Shown piece by piece: positions 48,300-60,589 of a stretch of DNA of 64,000 bases; position 1 is the first letter of the stretch; each line of letters starts with the position of its first letter. The notes under the pieces are model-generated. The model saw nothing but the letters and a program-made list of their open reading frames with translations. It ran no database searches and was not told the DNA's origin. The DNA lies in assembly GCA_026770705.1 (NCBI GenBank), contig JANJGN010000151.1, forward strand, positions 1,116,001 to 1,180,000, written 5' to 3'. The position numbers and the translations under genes were made by a program. This DNA is from Isurus oxyrinchus. Lineage: Eukaryota.

Positions 48300-48630
48300 T
48301 GTTGGTGCAGAAACTGCTGAACTCGATGTTGAGTTCTGAAGGTGGTAAAGTGCAGAATTGAAGAATGAGCTGCTGTTCCTCGAGCTCCCATTGAGCTTCA
48401 TTGGAACAGTTCAAGAGGCCAAGGACAGAGAGGGTCAGAGTGGGAGTGGGGCGGAGAATTAAAATGACAAGTGATGGGAAGTTCAGGGTCAACCCACAAA
48501 CTGAACAGAGGTTGTTCCACAAAGTGATCACCTAATCTGTTTTTCATCTTCCCTGTGTAGAGCAGACCAGATCATCAGCAGTTAACACAGTAACTGAGCT
48601 GCAAGAAGTACAAGTAAATCACTGTTTGTT
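48300..48630 (-). mobile_element. Penelope-like remnant
   Basis: Minus ORF LSVLGLLNCSNEAQWELEEQQLIL, homologous to 39850-39950. Confidence 0.75.
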
Positions 48631-48755
48631 TCATCTCAAAAACCTCAAACGTAACCTGAAGAAATATACTTCATTTGGTGACGAAAGGATACAAGGTAAA
48701 GCAAACCGACTGCCAGAATATTAAATTTCACCCAAGCCATAAAGATTGTTCGGGT

Positions 48756-49687
48756 GTAGGATTCGTAAGTTTGCGGATGACACAAAGATTGGCCAGATGG
48801 TTAACAGTGAGGGTGAGTGTCTTGGGCGACAGGAAGATATAGACGGGATAGTCAAATGGGCAGCTAAGTGGCAGATGGAATTTAACCCTGAAAAGTGTGA
48901 GGTGATACACTTTGGAAGGAGTAATTTGATAAGAAAGTATTCAATGAATGGCATGACACCAGGAAGTTCTGAGCAACAAAGGGACCTCGGCGTGTGTGTC
49001 CATAGATCTCTGAAGGCGGAGGGGCATGTTAGTGACGTGGTGAAAAAGGCATATGGGACACTTGCCTTTATCAATCAAGGCATAGATTACAAAAGTAGGG
49101 AGGTCATGTTGGAGTTATATAGAACCTTGGTGAGGCCACAGGTGGAGTACTGTGTGCAGTTCTGGTCACCACATTATAGGAAGGATGTGATTGCACTGGA
49201 GGGGGAGCAGAGGAGATTCACCAGGATGTTGCCTGGGATGAAACATTTAAGTTATGAAGAGTGGTTGGATAGACTTGGATTGTTTTTATTGGAGCAGAGA
49301 AGATTGAGGGACGACCTGATCGAGGTATACAAGATTATGAGGGGCATGGACAGGGTGGATAGGGAGCAGCTGTTCCCCTTAGTTGAAGGGTCAATCATGA
49401 GGGGACACAAGTTCAAGGTGAGGGGCAGGAGGTTTGGGGGGGATGTGAGGAAAAGCTTTTTTACCCAGAGGGTGGTGACAGTCTGGAATGCGCTGCCTGG
49501 GAGGGTGGTGGAGGTGGGTTGCCTCACATCCTTTAAAAAGTACCTGGATGAGCACTTGGCACATCATAACATTCAAGGCTATTGGCCAAGTGCTGGTAAA
49601 TGGAATTAGGTAGGTAGGTCACGTGTTTCTCACTCATGCAGACTCGATGTGCTGAAAGGCCTCTTCTGCATTGTGTGATTCTGTGAT
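48756..49687 (+). mobile_element. Young CR1 LINE copy with an uninterrupted 287-aa RT C-terminal frame
   Basis: ORF 48746-49609 KFADDTKIG...WNALPGRVVEVG; gattctgt tail; near-identical to 6835-7774. Confidence 0.96.
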
Positions 49688-49689
49688 CA

Positions 49690-50200
49690 GCAGAAATAAA
49701 CCCCAATGTCAAAGTCAACATGGTTCAGTCCTCAGTGTGATTAACAGCAGCAATAACAGCAGAATCCAACCCCTGCTGTCACTTGTCAACTCCCTGGTTG
49801 GCCTGCAGGTTAGATTAATGAGTGAAGCTCTTTTCACACACGGAGCAGGTGAACAGACCCTCCCCAGTATGAACTCGCTGGTGTTTCAGCAGATCCCTTG
49901 TGCTTTTGAATCTCTTCTTGCAGTCAGAACATTTAAACAGTCTCTTGTAAGTGTGCACTCCCTGCTGTGACTGAAAGTGTGATATAAATCCTTTCCCACA
50001 CTCAGTGCAGGAGAACAGCCTCTACCCTGTGTGACTGTGGCATTGAGTTTCCAGATCTGACAGATAATTGAATTGCTTTCAAGATCCCTGCATGGACACG
50101 GTTTCTCTCCAGTGTGATTGCACTTGTGTTTTAACAAAAGAGATGATCAGTGAAACCTTGACTATGCACAGAACACATATCTGGTTTCTCCCTGCTGTAA
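49690..50200 (-). pseudogene. C2H2 zinc-finger gene remnant (3' fingers + UTR)
   Basis: HTGEKP and frameshifted C-x2-C...H units. The 3' motif is the reverse complement of the ZNF UTR at 51650-51760. Confidence 0.75.
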
Positions 50201-50538
50201 ATGGTGCTCTTTGTGGGGCTGAAGCGAGTCACAGTCCCAGTGACCAGGAAAGAAAATAATTGACTCATTTATTTTATTCTCACTCTGCAGACAGGAGCTG
50301 GAGAACTGAACCCAGCCAGAGGAGCGAGAGGGAGAAAACTGGGAGTGGAGGAAAGAAATGCTGGAGATGATGACATGGGTTTGGATTTCAGCCCAGGGAG
50401 GAGGGAGAGTGTGTGGGGTGGGGACTTACAGCTTTGGGGGAACTAGAGAGGAAAAAATATTCCATAGAAACTAGAATTGTCTGCTCTGAATTTCTATCCT
50501 GGACTGACAGGAATGACTTTGTAAACTCCTTTTCCAGG

Positions 50539-51782
50539 GCATAAAACAGGGAAAATTTACAGAAATGAAACTCAAATCAAACATCACGTCAAGACCTGAC
50601 GGTCACTCGATTCATCAGCACCTGAATATCGTCGGCCTTTGAATGCAGCACAAGAAATTTTTGTCTGTAGGAAAAGATTTCAAACATCAGTGTGGCTGGA
50701 AAAGCACCAAGACACACACACCCAAGTGAGTGTCCCAGTGAACTGACTGGAAAGAGCTTTAACCAGTTACAGAGCCTCAAAAAAAATCACACCATTCTCA
50801 GCGGAGAGAAAGTGTACCCCTTTTTCTGTGTGTGGACGAGACTTCAACTGATCATTCAACCTGGAGAAGCACAAGGACACCCGCACCATGGAGAAAGCAT
50901 GGAAATGTGGGGACTGTGGGAAGGGATTCAATTATCCATCCAAGCTAGAAACACATCGACGCAGTCACACTGGGGAGAGACCGTTCCTCTGTTCTGATTG
51001 CGGGAAAGGATTCACTCAGTTATCTACCTTGTTAACACACCAGTGAGTTCACACTGGGGAGAGACCATTCACCTGCTCCGTGTGTGGGAAGGACTTTACT
51101 AAATCATCTACCCTGACTGAACACTAGCGAGTTCACACCGGGGAGAGGCCATTCAGTTGATCTCACTGCAGGAAGAGATTTGGACGGTCATCCAATCTCA
51201 CTGAACATCTCCGTGTTCACACTGGAGAGAGACCGTTCACCTGCCCCGTGTGTGGGAGGAGATTCACTTGTTTAACCAACCTCACATCACACCAACTTCT
51301 TCATACTGATCAGAGACCTTTTCAATGTTCAGACTGTGATTCTGGCTTTAAAAGCACAAGGGATCTGCTGATACACCAACGCAGCCACACCGGGGAGAGG
51401 CCGCTCATCTGCTCCGAGTGTGGGAAGGGATTCACTCACGCATCCAACCTGCTGGCACACCAGCGAGGCCACACCGGGGAGAGGCCATTCACCTGCTCCA
51501 AGTGTGGGAAGAGATTTCGTCGCTCATCCGATGTTCAGAGTCACCAGTGAGTTCACATGGGGAGGATCCGTTCAGCTGCTCTGTTTGTGGGTAGGGATTC
51601 ACTCACTCATCCACCCTGCTGAGATACCAGCGAGTCCACAAGTGACTCCAGGGGTTGGATTCTGTTGTTAATGACATCCAGGAATGAACCATGTTCATCC
51701 TGATAGTTGGGCTTTGTTTCTGCTGATGTTAATAACCCCATATAATGGTGTGAATTTAATGTTGTGACAAGTGCCAAATAAA
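50539..51782 (+). pseudogene. C2H2 zinc-finger array pseudogene (~9-10 fingers, HTGERPF linkers)
   Basis: Tandem fingers with in-frame stops at 51044, 51125, 51158 and 51548; AATAAA at 51777-51782. Confidence 0.9.
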
Positions 51783-53224
51783 TCAGCATTATTTCAAACA
51801 AATAGTATGTTGTGCCCTTGATTTCTCTAACAGTGACCATAGTCCCACAGCATCTCTCCTACCTTCGATGTGTGAAGAGACCATCACACCTATAAACCTG
51901 GTTTAAATTTAAATCTGAATCCACTCAGCAAATTAATTTAACAAAAGGTGAAGAGCAAACCGATCACATCAAATAATTGGCAAAAAGCCAGAGGGGAGAT
52001 GAGAAAAGATGTTTTACTGAGCGAGTTGTGATTTGGAACACACTGCCTGAAAGGTGAACGCAGACTCTATAGGAGCTTTCAAAAGAGAATTGAATCTCTA
52101 GCTACAGGGCTCTGGGGAAAGGGCAGGGGAGTGGGACTAATTGGCAGCTCTTTCAAAGATGACCCGGCTCTTTATGCAGTTCTATATTGACAAGTGACAG
52201 TCTGATGTCCAACTCCCCAGGAATAAGGAACGATCTTGGCTCTCTGAAAACCCCTTCAGCTCTTTGTAAGTGTCTTTCAAACGCTGACAGATTCTTTCTT
52301 TCTTTTGAAATTCAATCTCCATGTTAGGGGATGCAGACAGTGCTGGACATAGAGGGAGCAGCAAACCTGGTTCAGAATGGACACGCTGGGTTTGAGCTTG
52401 GCCTGGCTTTCTGCTGAGCATGTGCTGGGGCCCCGTGGGCCTTCACTGCTCAGGGACATTTCTGAGTATGTCATAGGCACCATTAGATATAGGAGGAGGC
52501 CATTCAGCCCCTCAAACCTGCTCCACCAGTTAGGTCAGGGTTGATTTCTATCCGAACTCCATTGACCTGCCTTTTAAGATGATGTTGTCCCCTTGTTCTC
52601 AATTCCCCCACCAGAGGAAATAGCTTCTCTACTTCGACCCGATTGGCTCATCAAGCAGATTTTGATCATTTCCCCTTAATCCAGAACAACTGTATAAGTT
52701 TATCTTTACATTCCAGGAGCAGCAGTACTCCTGGAATTGTTTATCACAAGGAATTCACTACATCCGTGATGTGGCCCTGCTCAAACCATAACCACAAGGA
52801 TATCTGTGCATTACTCTGATGGTGAGCACAAGGCTGTGTCACTATCACACACAGATACCGTTTCCTTGGTTCACATCTCCATACAAAGACCAGCTCTTTA
52901 CGCATATCCCCTTTCTACACAATTGCAGGAGACATGAGCAAGGATGTGAGGCTCATTAATATACACCCATATTTCATAACAGCAAAGGTTCCACTGGGAC
53001 AAAGGTTCAGTCATTTTCCATCACAGGCACATACAGAGCAGTACATGAGCACACTGAAAGTTTAAGAGACTTTCCTCAGCCTGCAGGCTCCTGTTAAATA
53101 CAGAGCAGTACAGGAGCACATTGACAGTCTAACAGAGGCTCAACAGCCTGCAGGCTCCTCTCCAATACATTTACTGAGTGGATTTCAATTTAAACCAGGT
53201 TTTCAGATGTGATGCTCTAGTCAC

Positions 53225-53750
53225 ACATTGGTCGCCACATTACCAGAAGGATATGGAGGCGTTGGAGAGGGTGCAGAGTACGTTTACCAGGATGCTGCCT
53301 GGTCTGGATGTTATTAGCTATGAGGAGGGGTTGGAGAAACTCGGATTGTTTTCACTAGAGCAACGGAGATTGAGGGATGACTTGATAGAAGTTTACAAAA
53401 TTATGAGTGGCATGGACACAGTAGATAGTCAGAAGCTTTTTCCCAGGTGGAAGAGTCAATTACTAGGGGACATAGATTTAAGGTGAGAGGAGTAAACTTT
53501 AGAGGAGATGTGTGGGGCAAGTTTTTTACGCAGAGGGTAGTGAGTGTCTGGAATTCGCTGCCAGAGGAGGTGGTGGAAACAGGTACGATAGTGGTGTTTA
53601 AGAGGCAGTTTGACAAATATATGAATAGGATGGGAATAGAGGGATACGGACACCAGAAATGCAAAATGTTTTAGTTGACAGGCAATGTGATCGGCGCAGG
53701 CTTGGAGGGCCAAAGGGCCTGTTCCTGTGCTGTACTTTTCTTTGTTCTTT
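53225..53750 (+). mobile_element. CR1 3' fragment
   Basis: WSPHYQKDMEALERVQ...LEQRRLRDDLIEVYKI...FFTQRVVSVWNSLP. Confidence 0.92.
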
Positions 53751-54029
53751 GAGATGCTATGGTACACACACTAAGTCCAGTAGCTGAACTAATTAACAGA
53801 CTGAGTTTGGGTTTCCTGATCCAGTGCATGTTACTGATACCTTCCCTGGATCTCAAGGCTAAGACAGACACTCGGGAAGGTATGGGGAGCTGGGACTTGT
53901 CTATGAGAGTAACTGAAGGTCTGAGAACTGAAATAATCTAAAGTTAGAAAGGAGAAAAGGTTCAGTCCTGGACGTGATTCTTAGCAGCAACAACCGATTC
54001 TAACTTTGTCAGTAACGTGTGAAGCCACT

Positions 54030-55739
54030 AATGTTTCAGCAGGCTGTAAGACTGAGTAAATCGCTTCTCACACACAGAGCAGGTGAACGGTTTTTCCCCA
54101 GTGTGAACTCGCTGGTGTCTCAGCAGGCGGGATGAATCAATGAATCCTTTCCCACACTCAGAGCAGGTGAACAGCTTCTTCCCGCTGTGAGTACATTGAT
54201 GCCTCAGCAGGCCGAACGAATGAGCGAATCCCTTCCCACACTCGGAACAGAGGAACGGCTCTCCCTGGTGAGGGTGCGTTGGTGTTTCAGCAGGTCATTG
54301 CTTCTTTTAAAGCTCTTTCTGCATTCAGAACATTGAAAAGGTCTCTTATCAGTGTGAACGCGTTGGTGTTCAGTGTAGTAGGACAACTGAGCAAATCTCT
54401 TGCTACACACAGAGCAGGTGAACAGCCTGTCCTCAGTGTGAGTGCGTCAGTGTCTCTGGAGGCTGGATGACTCAGTGAAACCCTTCCCACACACAGGGCA
54501 TGTGAACCACCTCTCCCCAGTGTGAATAGTCCGGTGTCTCAGCAGGTGTTGTAAACAAGTAAATCTCTTCTTGCACACGGGGCAAAGGTACGGCCTCTCC
54601 CCAGTGTGAACACGCTCGTGTATCACAAGGTGGGACAAACGAGGGAAACTCTTCCCACACATGGAACAGAGGAACGGCCTCTCCCCGGTGTGAACTCGCT
54701 GGTGCTTCAGCAGATAGCAGGATCGAGTGAATCCCTTCCCACACAGCGAGCAAGTGAATGGCTTCTCCCCAGTGTGCACCCACTGGTGCTTCAGCAGGTC
54801 AGCTGGCTGAACGAATCCCTTCCTACATGCGGAGGTGAACGGCCTCTCTCCAGTGTGAATACTCTCGTGTGTCAAAAGGTGTGAAAATCGAGTGAATGTC
54901 TTCCCACACACAGAACAGAGGAATGGCCTCTCCCTGGTGTGAACACGCTTGTGTGTCAGAAGGTGAATTGAATGAGTGAATCTCTTCCCACACACGGAGC
55001 AGGGGAACGGCCTCTCCCCAGTGTGAATGCACCGTTGTCTCAGCAAATTAATGCTTCTTTTGAAGGTCTTCTCACATTCAGTACATTTAAAAGGTCTCTT
55101 TTCTGAGTGGACCAATTGGTGCTCAGTGTAGTGGAAGGACTGAGCGAATCTCTTCCCACACTGGGAGCAGCTGAACGGCCTGTCCTTGGTGTGAACTTGC
55201 TGGTGCTCAGTGAGATGCACTGACTTGCTGAATGACTCCCCACATTGGGAGCAGCTGAACGGCCTCTCGTGTGTGTGAAGGAGCTGGTGCTCCACGAGGC
55301 AGGAGGACAGCCTGAACCTCTTCCCACAGTGGGAGCAGCTGAACGGTCTCTCGTAAGTGTGAACTTGCTGGTGTTGGGCCAGTTCCTTGGAGATTTCAAA
55401 GCTTTTCTCAGAGTCAGAGTATTGAAGAGGATCCTCATAAATGTGATCAAGCTGGTGTGCCAGCCGGTTGGATGAACACATGAATTTCTTCCCATACACT
55501 GAGCAGGTGAACAGTCTCTCGCTATTGTGAGTTCGCTGTCGTGTCAGCATGTTTACCAGCTCCATCAATCCCTTCCTACAGGAGGAGCAGGTAAGCAGCC
55601 TCTCACCAGTTTCCAGCTGAGGCAGTCAATTAAATCCTTTCAGATGTATGAATCTTCAGATTCCAATGAACCGATTGACCCTGTCAGATGTGAGGTTTGG
55701 TTTGCTTTATCTGACTGCAAATCCTCCTCCTCTATTATC
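54030..55739 (-). pseudogene. C2H2 zinc-finger gene, truncated or pseudogenising (ORF 54447-55568: ~8 intact + ~5 degenerate fingers; further fingers beyond a stop and a frameshift)
   Basis: 373-aa ORF with TGERPF linkers. In-frame TGA at 54447-54449 falls inside a finger, the frame continues to a -1 shift near 54260, and the acceptor tttacag lies at 55740. Confidence 0.85.
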
Positions 55740-56229
55740 CTGTAAAGTAAGTTACAAACAGGCCATTCAGTCTATCCAGTTTGTACTGGAGTTTCTAGTC
55801 CACACAAGTCTCCCCCATTCTGCCAATCCTATCTCAGGCTTTCAGCTCATCTTTCTAATCCCTTTTCTCCCATGTTCTCACCTAGTTTCCTTCTAAAAAT
55901 ATCTGTTATTTTTCTTGACCACATCCAGTAGTGCTGAGTTCCACATTTTCATAGCTGTCTGAGGAACCATATATCTCCTGTGTTCTTCTTGGATTTATTT
56001 GTGTCTATTGTGTATTCATGACCCCCAGTATTGGTTAGACCTGCAAGTGGAAACATTCTGTCCACGTCTACCTGCCCAACACAATCAGAATTTAAAGACC
56101 TAGTTGACAAACATATCTCTCGATTTGAGTTTGCTGTGTGTAATTCTTTCCCATTTAACCCCCGGAAAGGGAGTTTGCAAAATCCATCCCTGTCAGTCCA
56201 GGATAGGAATTCACCACATTCTCTCAGGT

Positions 56230-56520
56230 AAGCAAGTAGTTAGGAAAGCTAACAGAACGTTATTGTTTAGGGAAAACTGATGAGGAGTTTTTTTCACTCA
56301 GAGGGTTGAGAGTCTTTGGAGCTCTCTTCCTCAAAAGGCGGTGGAAGCAGTCTTTTACTTTTAAGGCAGAGCTACATAGATTCCTAACAAGCAAAGAGGG
56401 TGGAAGGTTATCGGGGGTAGGCAGGAATGTGGGGTTTAGGTTACAATCAGTTCAGCCATTATCTTATTGAATGGCGGAGCACGCTGGTGGGGACGAAAGG
56501 TCTGCTCCTCATTCACATGT
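56230..56520 (+). mobile_element. CR1 3' fragment
   Basis: ttttcactcagagggttgagagtctttgg...gttacaatcag matches the 44990-45200 region. Confidence 0.75.
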
Positions 56521-56539
56521 TCCTACAGCCAGAGACGGT

Positions 56540-57000
56540 GATGACAGCGCATGCGCCTTGCTACAAGTTGCCCCCTAGAAAGATGGTGACTGCGCATGCG
56601 TCCTGCTGCTCTTTGCCCCCCGATAAAGGTGGACCCGTTACCCCGGGTTTCAAAGCCGGGGAAGGGCCCATAGATGCCGCTCGGTGTAGCCGCAGGCCGA
56701 TAGCCTCTTGGTTGGCATTTCTCGCCTACAATGGGTGTTTATGAAACCTTTCCGCCCACCCACGGCCCCTAATACCGCCACAGTGTGGTCTAAAACTCAC
56801 CGCCTGAAAATGCAACAAACAAGCGTCCGTCAATATCGTCACTCGCACTGCGCATGCTCCAAATCACTGCCCGTCTGGTTGACGGCAGCTGCGGACCAAT
56901 AGGAAGAGGGGGCGGGACTGTGTCGGAGACTAACCAATCGGAGTGAAAGAGGGGCGGGGCTAAGCCCAGATCTCCCTCATTGGCTGAAACTGCATCATTT
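56540..57000 (-). promoter_or_regulatory. CpG-island-type promoter for the minus-strand ZNF gene
   Basis: gcgcatgcgc 56547-56556, tgcgcatgcg 56591-56600, CCAAT 56896 and 56934, attgg 56979, GC boxes 56908-56916 and 56951-56959. Confidence 0.7.
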
Positions 57001-57759
57001 TGGAAGCTGATTTGTCTCAAACTCCAGGAGAAAACTGGACCTTTCCGTTTGTGGCTTTAAACAGATGAAACCCTGTGGGTGTGAAGAACATTTCAACATT
57101 TTTTAGTGAACTGCGGTAACATGAGGATAAAAACACAATCAATTCAAGGGCTGACTTAAAGCAATAACTGGGCAGAGAGGGAATGTCATCTTCAGACCAA
57201 GGAGAGTCCCTGGTTTCAATAAATGAACTGGCAAGACAGGTTAGGACAGGTTAGGGATAAGGGTGACTTTCAAAACAACACAAATTATAAAGAAACAACT
57301 GATCTCAAAGACAATCTCTGGCAGTGCTAACAGAAATTAACAATCAGACCTTAAGGGGTTAAAAGATATGTAAAAGCAAATTACTGAGGATGCTGGAAAT
57401 CTGAAATAAAAATATAAGTGCTGGAAAAACTCAGCAGTTCTGGCAGCATCTGTGAAAAAAGAAACAGAGTTAATGTTTTGAATCCAACATGACCCTTCTT
57501 CAGAACTGAATTAAATTATATATGTTTTCTATGTTGAATAATCAATTTAAAATCTGGAACTCGGATAGGGATGTGGATTGGTTTTCGGTGGGAAGATCTG
57601 GATTAGTATCTTACTCCAGGAAGCCTTAAAGTCAGAGTGGCAGTTTTTCAGAACTGAATCCTGTGAGAGCAGCAATCCCATTGCTATCTGTTAGTAAGAC
57701 CAATGAAAGTGTTTAAAGTGGAGACATTGGACATTTTTTTATTCATTAATGGGATTTTA

Positions 57760-58360
57760 GCATTAAGTATTTATTGCCCATCCCTAACTGCCCTTGAAGA
57801 AGTGGTGGTGAGCCAACATATTGAACTGTTGCAGTCCATGTGGTGTAGGTACACCCACAGTGCTGTTAGGGAGGGAGTTCCAGGGTTTTGACCAAATGAC
57901 AGTGAGGGAACGGTGGTATATTTCCAAATCAGGATGGTGAATGGCTTGGAGGGGAACTTCCAGGTGGTGGTATATCCATGCATCTGCTGCCCTTGTCCTA
58001 GGTAATAGAAGTCACAGGCTTGGAAGGTGTTGTCAAAGGAGCCTTCGTGAGTTGCTGCAGTGCATCTTGTAGATGGTACACATTGCTGCCATTGTGCATT
58101 GGTGGTGGACGGAGTGAATGTTGAAGGTGGTGGGTGGGCTATCAATCAAGCAGGCTGGAAGGTGTGGAAAATCTTGAATGTTTTTGGAGTTGCACTCATC
58201 CAGGCAAGTGGAGAGTATTCCATTACATTCCTGACTTGTGCCTTGTAGAATATGGACAGGCTTTGGGGAGACAGGAGGTGGGCTATTCTGCACAGAGTTC
58301 CCAGCCTCTGACCTGCTCTTGTCACCACTGTATTTATATGGCTAGTCCCGTTCAGTTTCT
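57760..58360 (-). mobile_element. LINE 3' fragment (family of 12215-14660)
   Basis: Minus ORF IFYKAQVRNVMEYSPLAW; tail shared with the SINE family. Confidence 0.8.
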
Positions 58361-58485
58361 GGAGGATGATGCACACAAGGAAGCTGTGAACAATCTGAGG
58401 GTCATAGTGAAGGGAAAGAAAGGGATCTGGAAAACAACAGACTCTTAATGTTGTTCCAGGAGAAGTGAGGTCTGGTTGTGCAGAT

Positions 58486-58710
58486 AAAAACAGAAAATGC
58501 TGGAAAAACTCAGCAAGTCTAGCAGCATCTGTGGAGAGAGAGGCAGAGTTAACGTTTTGAATCCATATGACTTATTCAAAGCATCATATGGACTCGAAAC
58601 GTTTACTTTGTTTCTCTCTACACAGATTCTGCCAGCCCTGCTGAGTTTTTTCCAGCATTTTCTGTTTTTATTTCAGATTTTCAGCATCCGAGTATTTTGC
58701 TTTTATTTTA
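58486..58710. mobile_element. Fold-back insertion of two inverted Penelope-type ends with a 14-bp TSD
   Basis: aaaaacagaaaatgctggaaaaactcagc...gctgagttttttccagcattttctgttttt, flanked by ctggttgtgcagat at 58472-58485 and 58711-58724. Confidence 0.85.
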
Positions 58711-58934
58711 CTGGTTGTGCAGATGTCAGGTTTTACACAGGACGTGGTCAGCCTGTGGTTTCACCCTGTATGAGGAATCCCTGAATGGTACCATTCAAAT
58801 CGCTCGATGGAACATCATCTGCTTGGAGAAGATGGTTTGTGTTACAGCTAATGAGAAGCAGCACACACAGGCACACAAACTCATACACATGCACACACAC
58901 ATACTCAGACACACACACACACACACACTTCGCT

Positions 58935-59100
58935 GATGTGTTGGAAGTTTAAATGACTGAGTGAATCCTTTCCGACACATGGAGCAGGTGAACAGCCTCA
59001 GCCCAGTGTGAACTGCCGCTGGAGATTGGATGAATCAGTGAATTCAATCTTATGATTGAACAGACAAATGGCCTTTACGTAGTGTGAATGTCCTGGTGAT
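58935..59100 (-). pseudogene. C2H2 zinc-finger remnant (1-2 fingers) cut by a CR1 insertion
   Basis: MCRKGFTQSFKLPTHQR and HTGLRLFTC-like linker. Confidence 0.7.
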
Positions 59101-59101
59101 T

Positions 59102-60571
59102 CATCACAGAATCATACAGTGCAGAAGAGGCCCTTTGGCCCATCAAGTCTGCGCCGACACGTGAGAAACACCTGACCTATCTACCTAATCCCATTTATCA
59201 GCACTTGGCCCATTGCCTTGAATGTTATGACGTGCCAAGTGCTCATCCGGGTACTTTTTAAAGGATGTTAGGCAACCGCCTCCACCACCCTCCCAGGCAG
59301 CGCATTCAAGACCATCACCACCCTCTGGGTAAAAATGTTTTTCTTCACATTCCCCCTAAACCTCCTGCCCCTCACCTTGAACTTATGTCCCCTCGTGACT
59401 GACCCTTGAACTAAGGGGAACAGCTGCTCCCTATCCACCCTGTCCGTGCCCCTCATAATCTTGTACACTCGATAAGGTGGCCCCTCAGTCTTCTCTGCTC
59501 CAACGAAAACAACCCAAGTCTATCCAACCTCTCTTCATAACTTAAATGTTTCATCCTAGGCAACATCCTGGTAAATCTCCTCTGCACCCCGTCCAGTGCA
59601 ATCAGATCCTTCCTATAATGTGGCAACCAGAACTGCACACAGCTGTGGCCTCACTAAGGTTCTATACAACTCCAACATGACCTCCCTACTTTTGTAATCT
59701 ATGCCTCGATTGATGATGGCAAGCGTCCCATATGCCTTTTTCACCATCCCACTAACATGCCCCTGTGCCTTCAGAGATCTATGGACACACATGCCAAGGT
59801 CCCTTTGTTCCTCAGAACTTCCTAGTATGATGCAGTTCATTGAATACTTCTTTGTGAAATTACTCCTTCCAAAGTGTATCACCTCGCACTTTTCAGGGTT
59901 AAATTCCATCTGCCACTTATCTGCCCATTTGACCATCCCGTCTATATCTTCCTGTAGTCCAAGACACTCAACCTCACTTTTAACCACCCAGCCAATCTTT
60001 GTGTCATCCACAAACTTACTAAACTTACCCGCTACATAGTCATCTATGTCGTTTATATAAATGATGAATAATAGGGGACCCAGCACAGATCCCTGTGGTA
60101 CGCCACTGGACCTTGGCTTCCAGTCACTAAAGCATCCTTCTGTCATCACCCTTTGTCTCCTACAACTAAGCCAATTTTGAATCCACCTTATCAAATTACC
60201 CTGTATCCTATGTGTATTTGCCTTCTTTATAAGTCTCCCATGTGGAACCTTGTCAAAGGTGTTGCTGAAATCCATATAAACTGCATCAACTACTCTACCC
60301 CCATTGACACACCTGGACACCTCCTCAAAAAATTCAATCAAATTTGTTTGACATGACATCCCTCTGACAAAGCCATGCTAACTATCCCTAATCAAACCTT
60401 GCCTCTCCACGTAGAGATAGGCACTCTCCTCCAGAGCTTTCTCCAATAGTTTCCCTACCACTGACGTGATATTCACTAGCCTGTAGTTCCCTGGCTTATC
60501 TCTACAACCCTTCTTAAATAGCGAAACCACATTAGCTGTTCTCCAGTCCTCTGGCACCACCCCCGTGGCCA
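59102..60571 (-). mobile_element. Young CR1 LINE (RT domain + 3' end)
   Basis: Minus ORFs with YMDFSNTFDKVPH, SGVPQGSVLGPLLFIIYINDID, KFVDDTKIG; tail reverse complement atcacagaatca. Confidence 0.96.
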
Positions 60572-60589
60572 TACTTAAGTTTCTTAGTT

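Noticed and set aside
48746-49609. Functional reverse transcriptase gene
   Set aside because: 5'-truncated LINE copy starting at the FADD motif; lacks the endonuclease and most RT motifs.
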